A stretch of DNA of 64,000 bases. Source: Candidatus Poribacteria bacterium. GTDB lineage: Bacteria; Poribacteria; WGA-4E; WGA-3G. The notes under the pieces were generated by a model. The model had not been told where the DNA came from and made no database searches. It saw only the letters and a list, made by a program, of their open reading frames with translations. The translations under genes and the position numbers were made by a program. This document shows, piece after piece, positions 29,761-39,985 of this stretch. The stretch is from assembly GCA_965205015.1 (NCBI GenBank), contig OZ242029.1, forward strand, positions 192,001-256,000. The letters run 5' to 3'. Within the stretch, counting starts at the first letter, position 1. Each line of letters starts with the position of its first letter.

Positions 29761-29869
29761 GAAAATCTCCTTTTTAATAGTTGTCGGTTATCAGTTTTCA
29801 GTTTTCAGTTAAAGAGAGATTTGTTAAACGAAAACCTTTTAACCAACCGCCGATAACCGATAAAACTAT

Positions 29870-32800
29870 TTATAATCTGTTGTAACCGTAGCCGTTACCT
29901 GTAATTTCAAAGAGTGCTGCTGCCGCTTGGAAGTGAATCTCAGCGTCCTGGTCTTGGAGAATCAATTCGAGCAGTGACACTGCCTTCGCATTTTTAGCCT
30001 CTCCAAGTGCCTTGATGGCATCGAGACGGAAACCTCTTGTAATTTGAGCCTCATGCAGTGCCGTTAGTTTTTCCACCAGCGCCGTTACCGCCTTATCCGT
30101 CGCGATTTTACCTAACGCCCGCGAGGCATCGCGTCGAATTTCGACGTGGTTTTCATCGGTGTTCATCACCTCAATAAGCGCGTCGGTCGTTGTGTCATCA
30201 GCCAACTCACCGAGTCCCTGCGTTGCCGCTCGACGGACATCCTTCTCAATTTCGTTTTCACCTTTCATGATCTGAACGAGTTCTGGTATGAGTTCGCTAA
30301 TTCCGGCTTGCCCAACGCTCAGTGCTGTCGCCTTTCGGGTGTCCACATCTGGATCAGCTAACCGCTGTTTAAGTTGTGAAATGTCTAAAGAGACATCAGT
30401 TGCTTTACACCTACCGAGTGCAACCATTGCCGCGTTTCTGACTTGGTGATTTTCCCACTCATCCTCCGCACGGGCTGCCATTTTCGGTGCAACGAACGCC
30501 GGTAAGTCCAATTTTTTAGCGGCGTTGACGAAGACTTCCCAACTCCAGTTCCGTTTCAGATCGTCTGCGCCGATGGCTTTCCTATTTGCCGCATCCTCAA
30601 GTGCAACGATGTATTCGGTATCGTCAACGAGCCGTCTCGCAATCGCTTCAGTGGCACGCGCGCCTCCAATCTCACCGAGTGCTGTTGCGGCTTTTGTTCG
30701 GGAAGAAGCCTTCGCCAACGCATCTGTACTCGCATCCAACGCTATTTGCTTGTCTTCCAAGATAGCAATTAACTCGGGGATCGCTGCCGCACTTTCGAGT
30801 TTGCCCAAAGCGACAATAGCGTTCTTTGAGATATTTCCGACCCGGATATCTAAAGCGCGAATCAACACATCTTCAGCGGATTTACTCCCAATATTGCCGA
30901 GTGCCGCCACGGCAGCATCGCGGACACCATCCAACTCCAGCGGATTTTCAACCATCTCACTGAGTTGTGCAACCGCTTTTGTATCCTTGAGGTTCCCCAA
31001 GGCAGCAGCGGCTCGCAATCGGACTTCGGCATTTTCATCGGAGAGTGCAGTTAGCAGGGGTGCAGAGGCACGTTCATCTTTAAGCGCACCAAGCGAAAGG
31101 GCCGCCGCCGCACGAACCGATTTCATCTCATCCATATTTTCGAGAACAGCAATCAACGGTTCAACAACCCGACGCTCCTTGAACCCACCTAACGATTCCG
31201 CAGCGCGTCTACGGACGATGTAACTTGGGTGTTTCAATTCTTCGAGCATGGCATCAACCGCAACTTTTTTTGCACTCGCTCCGATCACATGAACAAGTGC
31301 CCACCGCGTCCACTCATCATCTGCTGATTTCAGAGCATCGAGTGCAAATTCGGCTGTTGGAATGTTATTATCTTTGATTAATGCCCCAATGACTTCGTCC
31401 TGAACAGATTGCACTTCGTATCCATCATCAAAACTTCCCAAACCCTTCTTGACAATATCAACCAGCCCTTTATCCCCGGCTTGAATCTCTCGGAGTGCCT
31501 TTGCCGATTCAAAGCGCGTCGTTTCATACTTATCGTTTTTCAGAACATCTACCAGCGGATCAACAACCTTCTGCCCTTTTATTTTTCCGAGTGCGATCGC
31601 CGCTTCTTGTCGGACTGCCCCCTGCTTATCCTTTTTCAACGCGGTAACCAATGGAGGGATGGCAGTATCACCCTTGACTTCACCGAGTGCCCACGCTGCG
31701 CTTTGCCGCACGGTCGCGCGCCCATCGTCTCGAAGTGCGTTTGCCAGCGGTTCTACGACGGTATCCCCCTTGATGACCCCGAGTGCTCGAGCCACCTCAC
31801 TCCGAACGAGACTCGGAATCGGTTTGAGTTCACCCCATGTCCGATAATTCGCGCGTGGGTAGTCAGGCGTCCATTGAATCTGGAAGGAGTCAACCTGTGT
31901 TCGAAGGGCATCCAGTGTTTTGTATTCCCGCTTCATGTGCCGTTGAAAATCTGAAATTTCGTCAAATTGTGTTGAAAGCACCCAGAGTAACACAGGAACC
32001 GTTTCAGGAGCCTGGATTCGGCTCAACACCTTGACAGCATTCGCGCGTAGGACCGGACTGGTCTCGTCACTAAACATCAGAAGTAGCATCGATTGTGTCG
32101 CTTCTTCAGGCTTGAGCCGCCAGAGTGCCGTCAGAGCCGCAATGCGTAAGGTCTCGCGCATATTTTTTTCCATCGCTACGAGAATCAACTTTTGAACGGC
32201 ATCTTCTGTAGATACATCGATTTTTCCGAGTGCCTCTGCTGCGTTTGTCGCGGTCGTGTCGTCATAGGAGAGCGCGTTCGTGAGCGCGATGACTGCCCTT
32301 TTATTTTCGCCACGTGCCCGCATATTACCAAGCCCGACCGCTGCGAGTGCCTTCACCTCTTTGTATGGATCGTTGTCCAATGCTTCAATGAGCGGAACAA
32401 TTGCGCGCCGGTCCCCGATTTGTCCGAGCGCATCTGCGACCTTCACTCGGATTTCGTCTGTGCCGTTTTTGAGTGCGTCGATCATCGGTAACACAGCAAC
32501 GCCGCGCATTTCGACGAGTGCCACCAACGCTTCATCTTGCAAATCCTCGTTTTCCAAGGCATCTATGAGCGGCTCTACACCGTCTCCCGATTTGAGCAAT
32601 CCGAGTGCTTGGATCGCGGCTGATAAGGTCCCGATCCTATATTTTTTCATCCATAAACTATCAATATAAGCACTCGCAATGTACCGGTATTCTGCGGCAA
32701 ACCCGATGTCCTCATCGGGAATAAGGTTTCGCGCACCAGTGCCCAACACCTCAAGTAGTGGGGCGACGGCGGGGTCCCCTATACGATTCAGCGCATCTAC

Positions 32801-33820
32801 AGCGGTATCCTTGACATAAGTGTTCGGATCTGCGAGAAGTCGGACGAGATCGGGAATAGCCGTTTCCGCTTGGATGCTCCCGAGGAGTTTCGCGGCGTGC
32901 ATGCGTACCTGGGCACTGTTGTTTCTGAGGGCGAGTTGGAGTCCCGGCACAATAGCTGCAGCTAGGGGCGAGGTCACCTCGCCCCTACTCCCCATTGATC
33001 GCTCAAGCGCGACAATTGCTCTGTAGGCAACTTCAGGATCATTTTTCGCTTCGGAAACCAAGGCTTCTTCAAAAATTGGGATAAGTTCAGGATTTCGCAT
33101 CGCCCCGAGATAACGGACAGCCTCTTTTTGTATGGCGGTATCCTTATGGCGCATTGCCTGCCGTAAGCGCTCAACAACCGCTTCTCCATCTCCGAGTTTC
33201 GCTTTGAGTTCAGAGACCGCCGTGAGCACGTTAGGTTGATAGCATTTTTCTGCGGCTAAAAGCCCTATAACGACAGCCGCATCCGCATGTGCTACGAGGT
33301 CAGAGAGCAATTCTGGACGCTTTTTGACGGCTTCAGCGAGCGACACAGCGAAGAGTCCAGAGATAGAATTCTGCGAGCGGACAAGTCTTTCTTGTCGATC
33401 AAGTTCGTCAGAATCCGGATCCTCTTGCAACGAGATCGCGAGGATGTCCGCCGTGAGCGTTTCAAGATAAACGTTCGATTGTGCAATCGCTTGGTGCCAC
33501 CGTTCTGTCTCGGTACGCGTCCGGTTTTGCAGGAAAGCCTTCAGATGTCGCGCTTCCTGATTCCCAGCGTCTATCTTCTGGACCGCCGCTTGTGCAGCAA
33601 CATAATCTCCGCGAACAATAGCCGCTCGCGCTTCAATAATGTCTCTGTTCTCTTTCTCACCACACCCTAAACTTATGACGAGGGCAATAGCGACAATGAG
33701 TGAGAAATGGATTTTTTTAATTATTAAATCTGGGCACCGCTTCATTAAATTTCGCGGTGGTCTTCGGTGAATCCCAACTACATCTGAGACTCGAACGTCA
33801 CTTTTGAGGCGTTGCTTCAT
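29870..33820 (-). CDS. Large HEAT/PBS-lyase repeat protein with predicted lipoprotein/membrane anchor
   Basis: Many VR..AA.ALG.I...AV.PL...L.D units; hydrophobic stretch with SLGC; start chosen from GGAG RBS. Confidence 0.88.
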   Translation of the reverse strand: MKQRLKSDVRVSDVVGIHRRPPRNLMKRCPDLIIKKIHFSLIVAIALVISLGCGEKENRDIIEARAAIVRGDYVAAQAAVQKIDAGNQEARHLKAFLQNRTRTETERWHQAIAQSNVYLETLTADILAISLQEDPDSDELDRQERLVRSQNSISGLFAVSLAEAVKKRPELLSDLVAHADAAVVIGLLAAEKCYQPNVLTAVSELKAKLGDGEAVVERLRQAMRHKDTAIQKEAVRYLGAMRNPELIPIFEEALVSEAKNDPEVAYRAIVALERSMGSRGEVTSPLAAAIVPGLQLALRNNSAQVRMHAAKLLGSIQAETAIPDLVRLLADPNTYVKDTAVDALNRIGDPAVAPLLEVLGTGARNLIPDEDIGFAAEYRYIASAYIDSLWMKKYRIGTLSAAIQALGLLKSGDGVEPLIDALENEDLQDEALVALVEMRGVAVLPMIDALKNGTDEIRVKVADALGQIGDRRAIVPLIEALDNDPYKEVKALAAVGLGNMRARGENKRAVIALTNALSYDDTTATNAAEALGKIDVSTEDAVQKLILVAMEKNMRETLRIAALTALWRLKPEEATQSMLLLMFSDETSPVLRANAVKVLSRIQAPETVPVLLWVLSTQFDEISDFQRHMKREYKTLDALRTQVDSFQIQWTPDYPRANYRTWGELKPIPSLVRSEVARALGVIKGDTVVEPLANALRDDGRATVRQSAAWALGEVKGDTAIPPLVTALKKDKQGAVRQEAAIALGKIKGQKVVDPLVDVLKNDKYETTRFESAKALREIQAGDKGLVDIVKKGLGSFDDGYEVQSVQDEVIGALIKDNNIPTAEFALDALKSADDEWTRWALVHVIGASAKKVAVDAMLEELKHPSYIVRRRAAESLGGFKERRVVEPLIAVLENMDEMKSVRAAAALSLGALKDERASAPLLTALSDENAEVRLRAAAALGNLKDTKAVAQLSEMVENPLELDGVRDAAVAALGNIGSKSAEDVLIRALDIRVGNISKNAIVALGKLESAAAIPELIAILEDKQIALDASTDALAKASSRTKAATALGEIGGARATEAIARRLVDDTEYIVALEDAANRKAIGADDLKRNWSWEVFVNAAKKLDLPAFVAPKMAARAEDEWENHQVRNAAMVALGRCKATDVSLDISQLKQRLADPDVDTRKATALSVGQAGISELIPELVQIMKGENEIEKDVRRAATQGLGELADDTTTDALIEVMNTDENHVEIRRDASRALGKIATDKAVTALVEKLTALHEAQITRGFRLDAIKALGEAKNAKAVSLLELILQDQDAEIHFQAAAALFEITGNGYGYNRL

Positions 33821-33874
33821 GGGTCTCTCCAGTCGTATTAACAGCAGGCTTAGATATCCTTTCAAGTGCTTTTT

Positions 33875-36800
33875 TTAAGTTCCAGCGATTACGAGTTTCG
33901 TCAGATCCGCGACAGCATAGATATTCTGTCCGATTCGGTTCAATAACGCCAATCGATTCGAGCGCAGTGATGGCGCCTCCGCCATAACCAAAACATCATC
34001 AAAAAATGTGTCTATTGCGGGTTGTAAAGCGGCGAGTTGCGTCAGCAGTTTCACGTAGTCGCGTTCCTGAAGGCTTTGCTGGAAACCGAGTTCTGCTTCG
34101 GTAATACAGGCATACAACTGTTTCTCAGCATCGTCGTGCAGGAGCGCAGCGTCTACAGTTTCTGGCGCATCCGGCGGTAAAATTCTTAGCACTCGATTGA
34201 GTGCATTATACACTTCCTCAAAATTTGGTGTCAAGCGAAATTCAGCGACTGCGCTAACGCGCTTGAGAATATCAACGACATTAACATCACCGACCTCCAA
34301 GACAGCATCAATAAGATCGGGTGTGTAATGCTGTGTTTGCACGTTTAAATATTGGCGTGCCAACTCCGGCAAGATCAAGACACTCCGTAGACGCTCCCTG
34401 ATAAAACTGAGGACGCTCGTTTGTGTATCTGCCGTCAATGCCACAGCATATAAGGAAACAGCCTTCTCAACGACCGCATCTATTGAGATTGATAACTGTT
34501 GCCGCTGGAGGATTCGGATTGTGCCGAGGGCATGCCGTCTTAACGAGTAAGGGTCTTGCGAACCGGTGGGGCGCTCTTCTATACCGAAGTATCCGACAAT
34601 AGTGTCAAGCTTATCGGCAATCGAAACAAGCACACCGACTTCGGTTTCGGGTAAAGGTGTATCAGCACCGATCGGTTGGTAATGCTCAGCAATAGCGGTC
34701 GCGACAGGTGCCGCTTCTCCACTATTCTCGGCGTAATATTTGCCGGTAATTCCCTGTAATGATGGAAATTCAATAACCATCTGCGTCGTTAAATCTGCTT
34801 TACAGAGCCACGCTGCGCGTTCTGCATGACGAACGGTCATTTCGGGGACTTGCAACGCTGCCCCGATAAACTGAACTAACGCTTTAAGCCGATCGGCTTT
34901 ATCCAAGAGTGAACCGAGTTTAGCGTGGAAGACAACCGCGTCTAAACGTTCAACCTTATCGGCGAGGCTGGTTTTCTGGTCCTCGCTATAGAAGAACTCT
35001 GCATCGTTGAGTCTGGCGTGGAGGACGCGCTCATTCCCGTGCCGTACCCCGTCAATATTGCCGTCTGTCCCGTTGGAAATCGTAATAAACTTCGGGGCAA
35101 GGACGGACTCACTTTTCCACATTGGAAAATAGCGTTGATGTTTCTTCATCGCCGTAATCAGCACTTCAGACGGTATCTCCAAATGTGATTCACTAAAATT
35201 GCCGACGATCGGTTGCGGGTTCTCGACGAGATAGTTCACTGTATCCAGCAATTCTTCATCCAATTTGGGAAGACATCCTTCGACCTCGAAAACGTCCCTC
35301 ACCTGTTTCTCGATCGTGTTCCTGCGCTCTTTCGGGCAGACAACAACGTCAACAGCACGCAGTTTTTCAACATAAGTGCCTAAGTCAGCAGAGGTTAAAG
35401 TTATCGGTTCAGGATGTAATGCGCGATGCCCGTAGGTTAACCGTCCTGCGTGAGTGGCACCGTAAGTGCAATCAATAACCGCATCTCCCAGTAAAGCAAC
35501 GAGCCATCGAATCGGACGCGCAAACCGTGCGAACGCTTGCGGTTCTTCGGCGTCGGTCTCCCAGCGCATGGTTTTCAGAAAACGGAGTGCTTCAATCCAT
35601 TCAATCAACAACGTTTTCAAGATTTCTCGTGTCGGGACTCCCGTTTCGAGTTTGGAGGCAGCGACATATTCCCCGCGCTCGGTCTCAACGATGCGGAGTG
35701 CCGAGAGTTCAACCCCTTGCGTCTTGGCAAAGCCGATTGCGGCTTTTGTCGGTTCGCCGTTTTCATCATAGGCGATACGCTTGGGGGGTCCCACGACCTC
35801 CGTCTCTTGGCTTTCCTGAAGCGTCTTTATGTCCTTGATACTGAGCGTAATACGACGCGGTGTGCCGAGCGTTTCAACTTCGCCAAACGGGACCCTGTGG
35901 TTCGTAAGGGATTCAGTCGCGAGTTCGCGTAGCTGTTCAAGGACAGGCGGAACATAACTCGCCGGTATCTCTTCCGTGCCGATTTCAAAGAGGAGGTCAG
36001 CCGTCTCTCGTTCCTTATCAGATTCAGTGCGATTAGAAACCGCACCTACCGTCGTGGAGGTTGTTTCTACGTTAAAACGTCCCATGAGGGGATGTTCCAT
36101 CTCTTCCCGCTGTTTGACATAGGCGCGTGCTATCCGCTGTGCGAGCCGTCGGACACGTTCAATGTAACTTACCCGCTCTGTGACACTGATGACCCCACGC
36201 GCATCTAACATGTTGAAGGTATGCGAGCATTTCAAGACATGATCGGTTGCCGGTAGCACTAACCCTGCATCTAAACATGCGTGGGTCTCCTTCTCATACG
36301 TGCTAAACAACGCAAAAAGCATGTCTACATCCGCACGTTCAAAGTTGTAAGTCGAGTATTCCACCTCGCTTTGCCGGTGGACGTCACCGTAATTGACGTG
36401 TTCATTCCAACGGATGTCAAAAAAGTCGTCAACATCCTGCAAATAGAGCGCGATGCGCTCAAGCCCGTAGGTAATCTCAGCACATATCGGGTCGAGATCA
36501 ATACTCCCCATCTGTTGGAAGTAGGTAAATTGTGTGACTTCTGCACCGTTCCACCAGACTTCCCAGCCGAGTCCAGACGCACCGAGCGTCGGCGATTCCC
36601 AGTCGTCTTCTACAAATCGGATATCGTTTTTACGAGGAGAGATACCGAGACTATAGAGGCTCTCAAGGTAGAGCGGAAGCACATTCTCAGGTGCTGGTTT
36701 GAGTATCACCTGATACTGATAATATGCCCCGACACGGAAAGGGTTTTCGGCATATCTACCGTCGGTTGGGCGTCGGACGGGTTCTACATACGCCACTCGC

Positions 36801-36943
36801 CACGGTTCTGGACCGAGGCATCGCAAAAATGTTGCGGGATTAAATGTACCTGCACCGACTTCTATATCGCACGGTTGCTGGATGATGCACCCGTGGTCTG
36901 CCCAAAATTTCTCTAACGCTAATATTATTTCTTGAAGAGTCAT
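33875..36943 (-). CDS. glyQS: Glycine--tRNA ligase, fused alpha and beta subunits
   Basis: Alpha: [26 protein letters not shown]. Beta: [27 protein letters not shown]. No stop between them. Confidence 0.95.
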   Translation of the reverse strand: MTLQEIILALEKFWADHGCIIQQPCDIEVGAGTFNPATFLRCLGPEPWRVAYVEPVRRPTDGRYAENPFRVGAYYQYQVILKPAPENVLPLYLESLYSLGISPRKNDIRFVEDDWESPTLGASGLGWEVWWNGAEVTQFTYFQQMGSIDLDPICAEITYGLERIALYLQDVDDFFDIRWNEHVNYGDVHRQSEVEYSTYNFERADVDMLFALFSTYEKETHACLDAGLVLPATDHVLKCSHTFNMLDARGVISVTERVSYIERVRRLAQRIARAYVKQREEMEHPLMGRFNVETTSTTVGAVSNRTESDKERETADLLFEIGTEEIPASYVPPVLEQLRELATESLTNHRVPFGEVETLGTPRRITLSIKDIKTLQESQETEVVGPPKRIAYDENGEPTKAAIGFAKTQGVELSALRIVETERGEYVAASKLETGVPTREILKTLLIEWIEALRFLKTMRWETDAEEPQAFARFARPIRWLVALLGDAVIDCTYGATHAGRLTYGHRALHPEPITLTSADLGTYVEKLRAVDVVVCPKERRNTIEKQVRDVFEVEGCLPKLDEELLDTVNYLVENPQPIVGNFSESHLEIPSEVLITAMKKHQRYFPMWKSESVLAPKFITISNGTDGNIDGVRHGNERVLHARLNDAEFFYSEDQKTSLADKVERLDAVVFHAKLGSLLDKADRLKALVQFIGAALQVPEMTVRHAERAAWLCKADLTTQMVIEFPSLQGITGKYYAENSGEAAPVATAIAEHYQPIGADTPLPETEVGVLVSIADKLDTIVGYFGIEERPTGSQDPYSLRRHALGTIRILQRQQLSISIDAVVEKAVSLYAVALTADTQTSVLSFIRERLRSVLILPELARQYLNVQTQHYTPDLIDAVLEVGDVNVVDILKRVSAVAEFRLTPNFEEVYNALNRVLRILPPDAPETVDAALLHDDAEKQLYACITEAELGFQQSLQERDYVKLLTQLAALQPAIDTFFDDVLVMAEAPSLRSNRLALLNRIGQNIYAVADLTKLVIAGT

Positions 36944-37437
36944 ATCTGTTTTTCTTTTCACGCTCCGTTCCGATTTATTCTCATTCATTTTAACATAAAT
37001 AGATTTCTTTACGCAATAGATTTTCACAGAGGCTTGTTTACATTATCTAATTGGAACCTCATCAGAGAATTTCACAGTAAGCTTTTGAGAAAGCATCTAC
37101 GTTACCCTCACAGAACCCAGTCGTGGTATGGGTTCATAGTCTCTTGGGAAGCGTTGCATTTTTTGGGGTTTACTGTGAAAGTATAAAATTGTGAAGTTTG
37201 ATTTAACCTTTAGCAATCCAGTCACAGTGTGGGTTTATCGGCTATCGATAGTGTCACGAGATTTTGGGTTTACTGTGAAAATATCGATATGTTGAAATTT
37301 ACATAACAGAATGCGTAATACTTTCTGTCTGAACCGTGGATTTCTGCGGGCTACGGAATGGAAAGGTGGAAGATTGGGGATGCGTCCGGGTTGGGAATCC
37401 TCCATAAGCCCCTACAGTGGATGTGCTGCATACTTTT

Positions 37438-37900
37438 TCAAACTGGGGGATCTAAAAGTTGTGATCGGTTGACGGGAAATTGGAATCCGTACCGCTCAAC
37501 TATCCGTTCAAGCGTCCTTGGAATCCATTCCTCAGCATGTGGTGATACAATTACTTTGCTATTTTCACCAATCAATGTTTGAACATTAATTTTAAGAGGT
37601 TTGCCAAACTCATAAGAGACATCACGTGGAATTGATGAAATATCAATGATCGCACGCACTTCATGAAATTGCTCTTTCACTTTCTCGAGAAATCTCTAAA
37701 TGCATTACGAGTATTCATGGCTATAGATTCAATGGTTCCGAGATCAAAAGTCATCATATCAGTTTCTTCAAATTCAGTCCTGACACTTTTTGACATCATG
37801 GCATATATGAACTTGTGAGATCTGAACCAGTTATCTATATTATTCATATCAGGAATTTCATCTTCTACCACTCTCATTCTAACCGTGTATTCATCAAGAG
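37438..37900 (-). pseudogene. AT-rich frameshifted C-terminal remnant, DUF2971-like
   Basis: EVRAII...VIVSPHAEEW....ERIVERYG..PV.RS.L resembles DUF2971 C-termini; the upstream part is fused in frame to the protease ORF. Confidence 0.4.
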
Positions 37901-38252
37901 CCAAATGCCTCAGAAAATTTAAACCCAACAATCCTTTTATTGGCGAATTTCCAGGGAGGTCGTGACACAAGACATCAATGTTCTCAATAGTCTCTCCAAC
38001 CGCGGTCAGCTTCCGAACAGTGATGAGTTTGGCGAAGGCAGAACCGCTCGCGGTGAGCAGTTGGACTCGCTCTTTTGGGTTTAACAGGTCATATCCTAAA
38101 GCGATAGCCACTTGTGACGGAATAATGGTAATTGTGGCCCCGGTATCTAAAGCTACAGGCACATTTCGGAAGGCATCTGTGTTGACATCGCCGACTTGAA
38201 GGCGAAGGATAATTGACTCGCTTGAGGGATTAAAGGAGACGTATCCCATCAC
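37677..38252 (-). CDS. Retropepsin-like aspartyl protease with a foreign C-terminal extension
   Basis: ALDTGA catalytic motif, TASG, GLLGLNFL. Confidence 0.8.
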   Translation of the reverse strand: MMGYVSFNPSSESIILRLQVGDVNTDAFRNVPVALDTGATITIIPSQVAIALGYDLLNPKERVQLLTASGSAFAKLITVRKLTAVGETIENIDVLCHDLPGNSPIKGLLGLNFLRHLALDEYTVRMRVVEDEIPDMNNIDNWFRSHKFIYAMMSKSVRTEFEETDMMTFDLGTIESIAMNTRNAFRDFSRK

Positions 38253-38482
38253 AAAAGGAAACCTCCTATTCCGTCTGGCAGAAGTTTACCTGTATAATGT
38301 ATGGCTGCGCCGCCTTTGTAGTGCCTTGAGGCATCATGAATATCATCTTCAGATCTGCTATGAACAGCAACAACCCCTGATAACAGCTCGGTATTCTCGC
38401 TGATTTCACAATCCACGATGAACAGCCATTCGTCAGGGTATTTCTGCTCCATCTCTTCAAGGGTCATGCGTTCGTTAGACAT
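38249..38482 (-). CDS. Small acidic partner protein of the aspartyl protease (DUF5678-like)
   Basis: KYPDEW, G.V..HS; AAGGAGG RBS; stop overlaps the protease start. Confidence 0.65.
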   Translation of the reverse strand: MSNERMTLEEMEQKYPDEWLFIVDCEISENTELLSGVVAVHSRSEDDIHDASRHYKGGAAIHYTGKLLPDGIGGFLL

Positions 38483-38573
38483 TTATGTTTCCTCCTTAAA
38501 TAAGGGAATACCTACAACACAAAATCTGCTAAAAGTGATAGCATTATACCCTATTTTCGAGAGGCTTGTCAAA

Positions 38574-39974
38574 TCATTTTAAGAGGGACCAATCGGGTTC
38601 GTCCTCTGGATCGCCGAGGGGACCGTGGGCGTTGCGGACGATACGACGTTGCGCGTCATACCAATCCATGTAACGCGTCGCGGGCTGGAGTGTGTCGTTC
38701 CGGGCATCCATCAGGTTTGTGAGGGTGCTCTCCATTTCGTCCGCTAACGCTCCCGCTTCGGAGGCATCAATCAGATTGTTCATCTGCAAGGGATCCGCCT
38801 CCACGTCATACAGCATCCGTTTACCGTCGAACCAACGGGCGTAACTATGCGTTTTGGTCCGCACGCCGCGCCACTCGTTGCCATCAATGAGGTAATCGTA
38901 GGTCGATCCGAAGTTCATTGTCAAAACGGCATCCTGTTCAAAGGCATCAGCATTACCGCGCCAAGAGGCTGATAGATCGTAACCTTCAACAGTTCGCGGT
39001 GGCTGGATACCACATAATCCGCAGAGCGATGGGAACAGATCTACGGGGGAGGTGAGCGTGTCACAGGAGCGATTCCCCTCGAAAACGCCGGGCAGACGCA
39101 TCATCAGCGGCACTTTGATGGATTCCTCGTAAGGTTCCCGCTTCGCCCAGAAATTGATACCTTGCCCGCCGCCTTGTGTGCCGTGGTCAGATCCGAAAAC
39201 GAGCAGCGTGTTTTCGACACGTCCCGTTCTTTCAAGATACGCCATCAGTTCGCCGAGCATATCGTCCACTGTTAAGGTCATTGCGAGATAGTGGCGGTAA
39301 ATCTCTAACGATTGTTCTTTAACCGAATCAGGAACATTTTCCGGGAGTCGAAGTTCAGTGGGTAGCCGGTCATAGTATTCCGGTGGTGCAAACTCATAAG
39401 GCGTGGAGTGTGCTTGATGCGGAGAGATAAACAAACAGAACGGGGTATCATCATCCACGTTGTCCATGAATTGGAAGGCGTATCGGTTCAACGCATCCGT
39501 CTCGTAGCCCTCCCATTTTTCATTCCGCCAATCGTCGAGGTTTACCGTCCCGTTGAAATAGTCGGTGTGGAAGTTATAGCCGCGCCAATGTTGGAATCCA
39601 AGACGGTCGCGCCCTTCGGGGACGTAATCGCGTCCGCCGATCTCTGGAAATGAACCGGTGTGGAGATGCCATTTCCCAACCCATGCTGTTCGATAACTGT
39701 TTCTGCTGAAAACATCGCCGAGTCCGATCTCATCGTGCCGGGTCCTGACGAAATTAATGAGATGTCCAGTCGTCTGTGGGTGCCGTCCGGTGAGTAGCAT
39801 GGAACGGTAGGGGGTACAGACGGGCGCGGTAGCGATTGCGTTCGAAAAGACGGTGCCTTCCTGTGCAAGCCGGTCGATATTCGGTGTTTCGATCTGTGTA
39901 TCGCCGTATACCGGCAATGAGCACGCACGAATCTGATCTGCCAGAAGATAAACGATGTTCGGTTTGTTTGTCAT
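38574..39974 (-). CDS. Sulfatase
   Basis: PNIVYLLADQ, CTPYR, LTGR, GKWHL, SDHG. Confidence 0.92.
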   Translation of the reverse strand: MTNKPNIVYLLADQIRACSLPVYGDTQIETPNIDRLAQEGTVFSNAIATAPVCTPYRSMLLTGRHPQTTGHLINFVRTRHDEIGLGDVFSRNSYRTAWVGKWHLHTGSFPEIGGRDYVPEGRDRLGFQHWRGYNFHTDYFNGTVNLDDWRNEKWEGYETDALNRYAFQFMDNVDDDTPFCLFISPHQAHSTPYEFAPPEYYDRLPTELRLPENVPDSVKEQSLEIYRHYLAMTLTVDDMLGELMAYLERTGRVENTLLVFGSDHGTQGGGQGINFWAKREPYEESIKVPLMMRLPGVFEGNRSCDTLTSPVDLFPSLCGLCGIQPPRTVEGYDLSASWRGNADAFEQDAVLTMNFGSTYDYLIDGNEWRGVRTKTHSYARWFDGKRMLYDVEADPLQMNNLIDASEAGALADEMESTLTNLMDARNDTLQPATRYMDWYDAQRRIVRNAHGPLGDPEDEPDWSLLK

Positions 39975-39985
39975 ATTTGGTGTCC

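Noticed and set aside
30525-32669. Long plus-strand ORFs opposite the HEAT gene, and similar antisense ORFs elsewhere
   Set aside because: They lie fully within confident genes on the opposite strand and show no recognisable motifs
36944-37350. T-box riboswitch upstream of glyQS
   Set aside because: No GGTGGNACCGCG-like T-box or terminator/antiterminator was found on the minus strand
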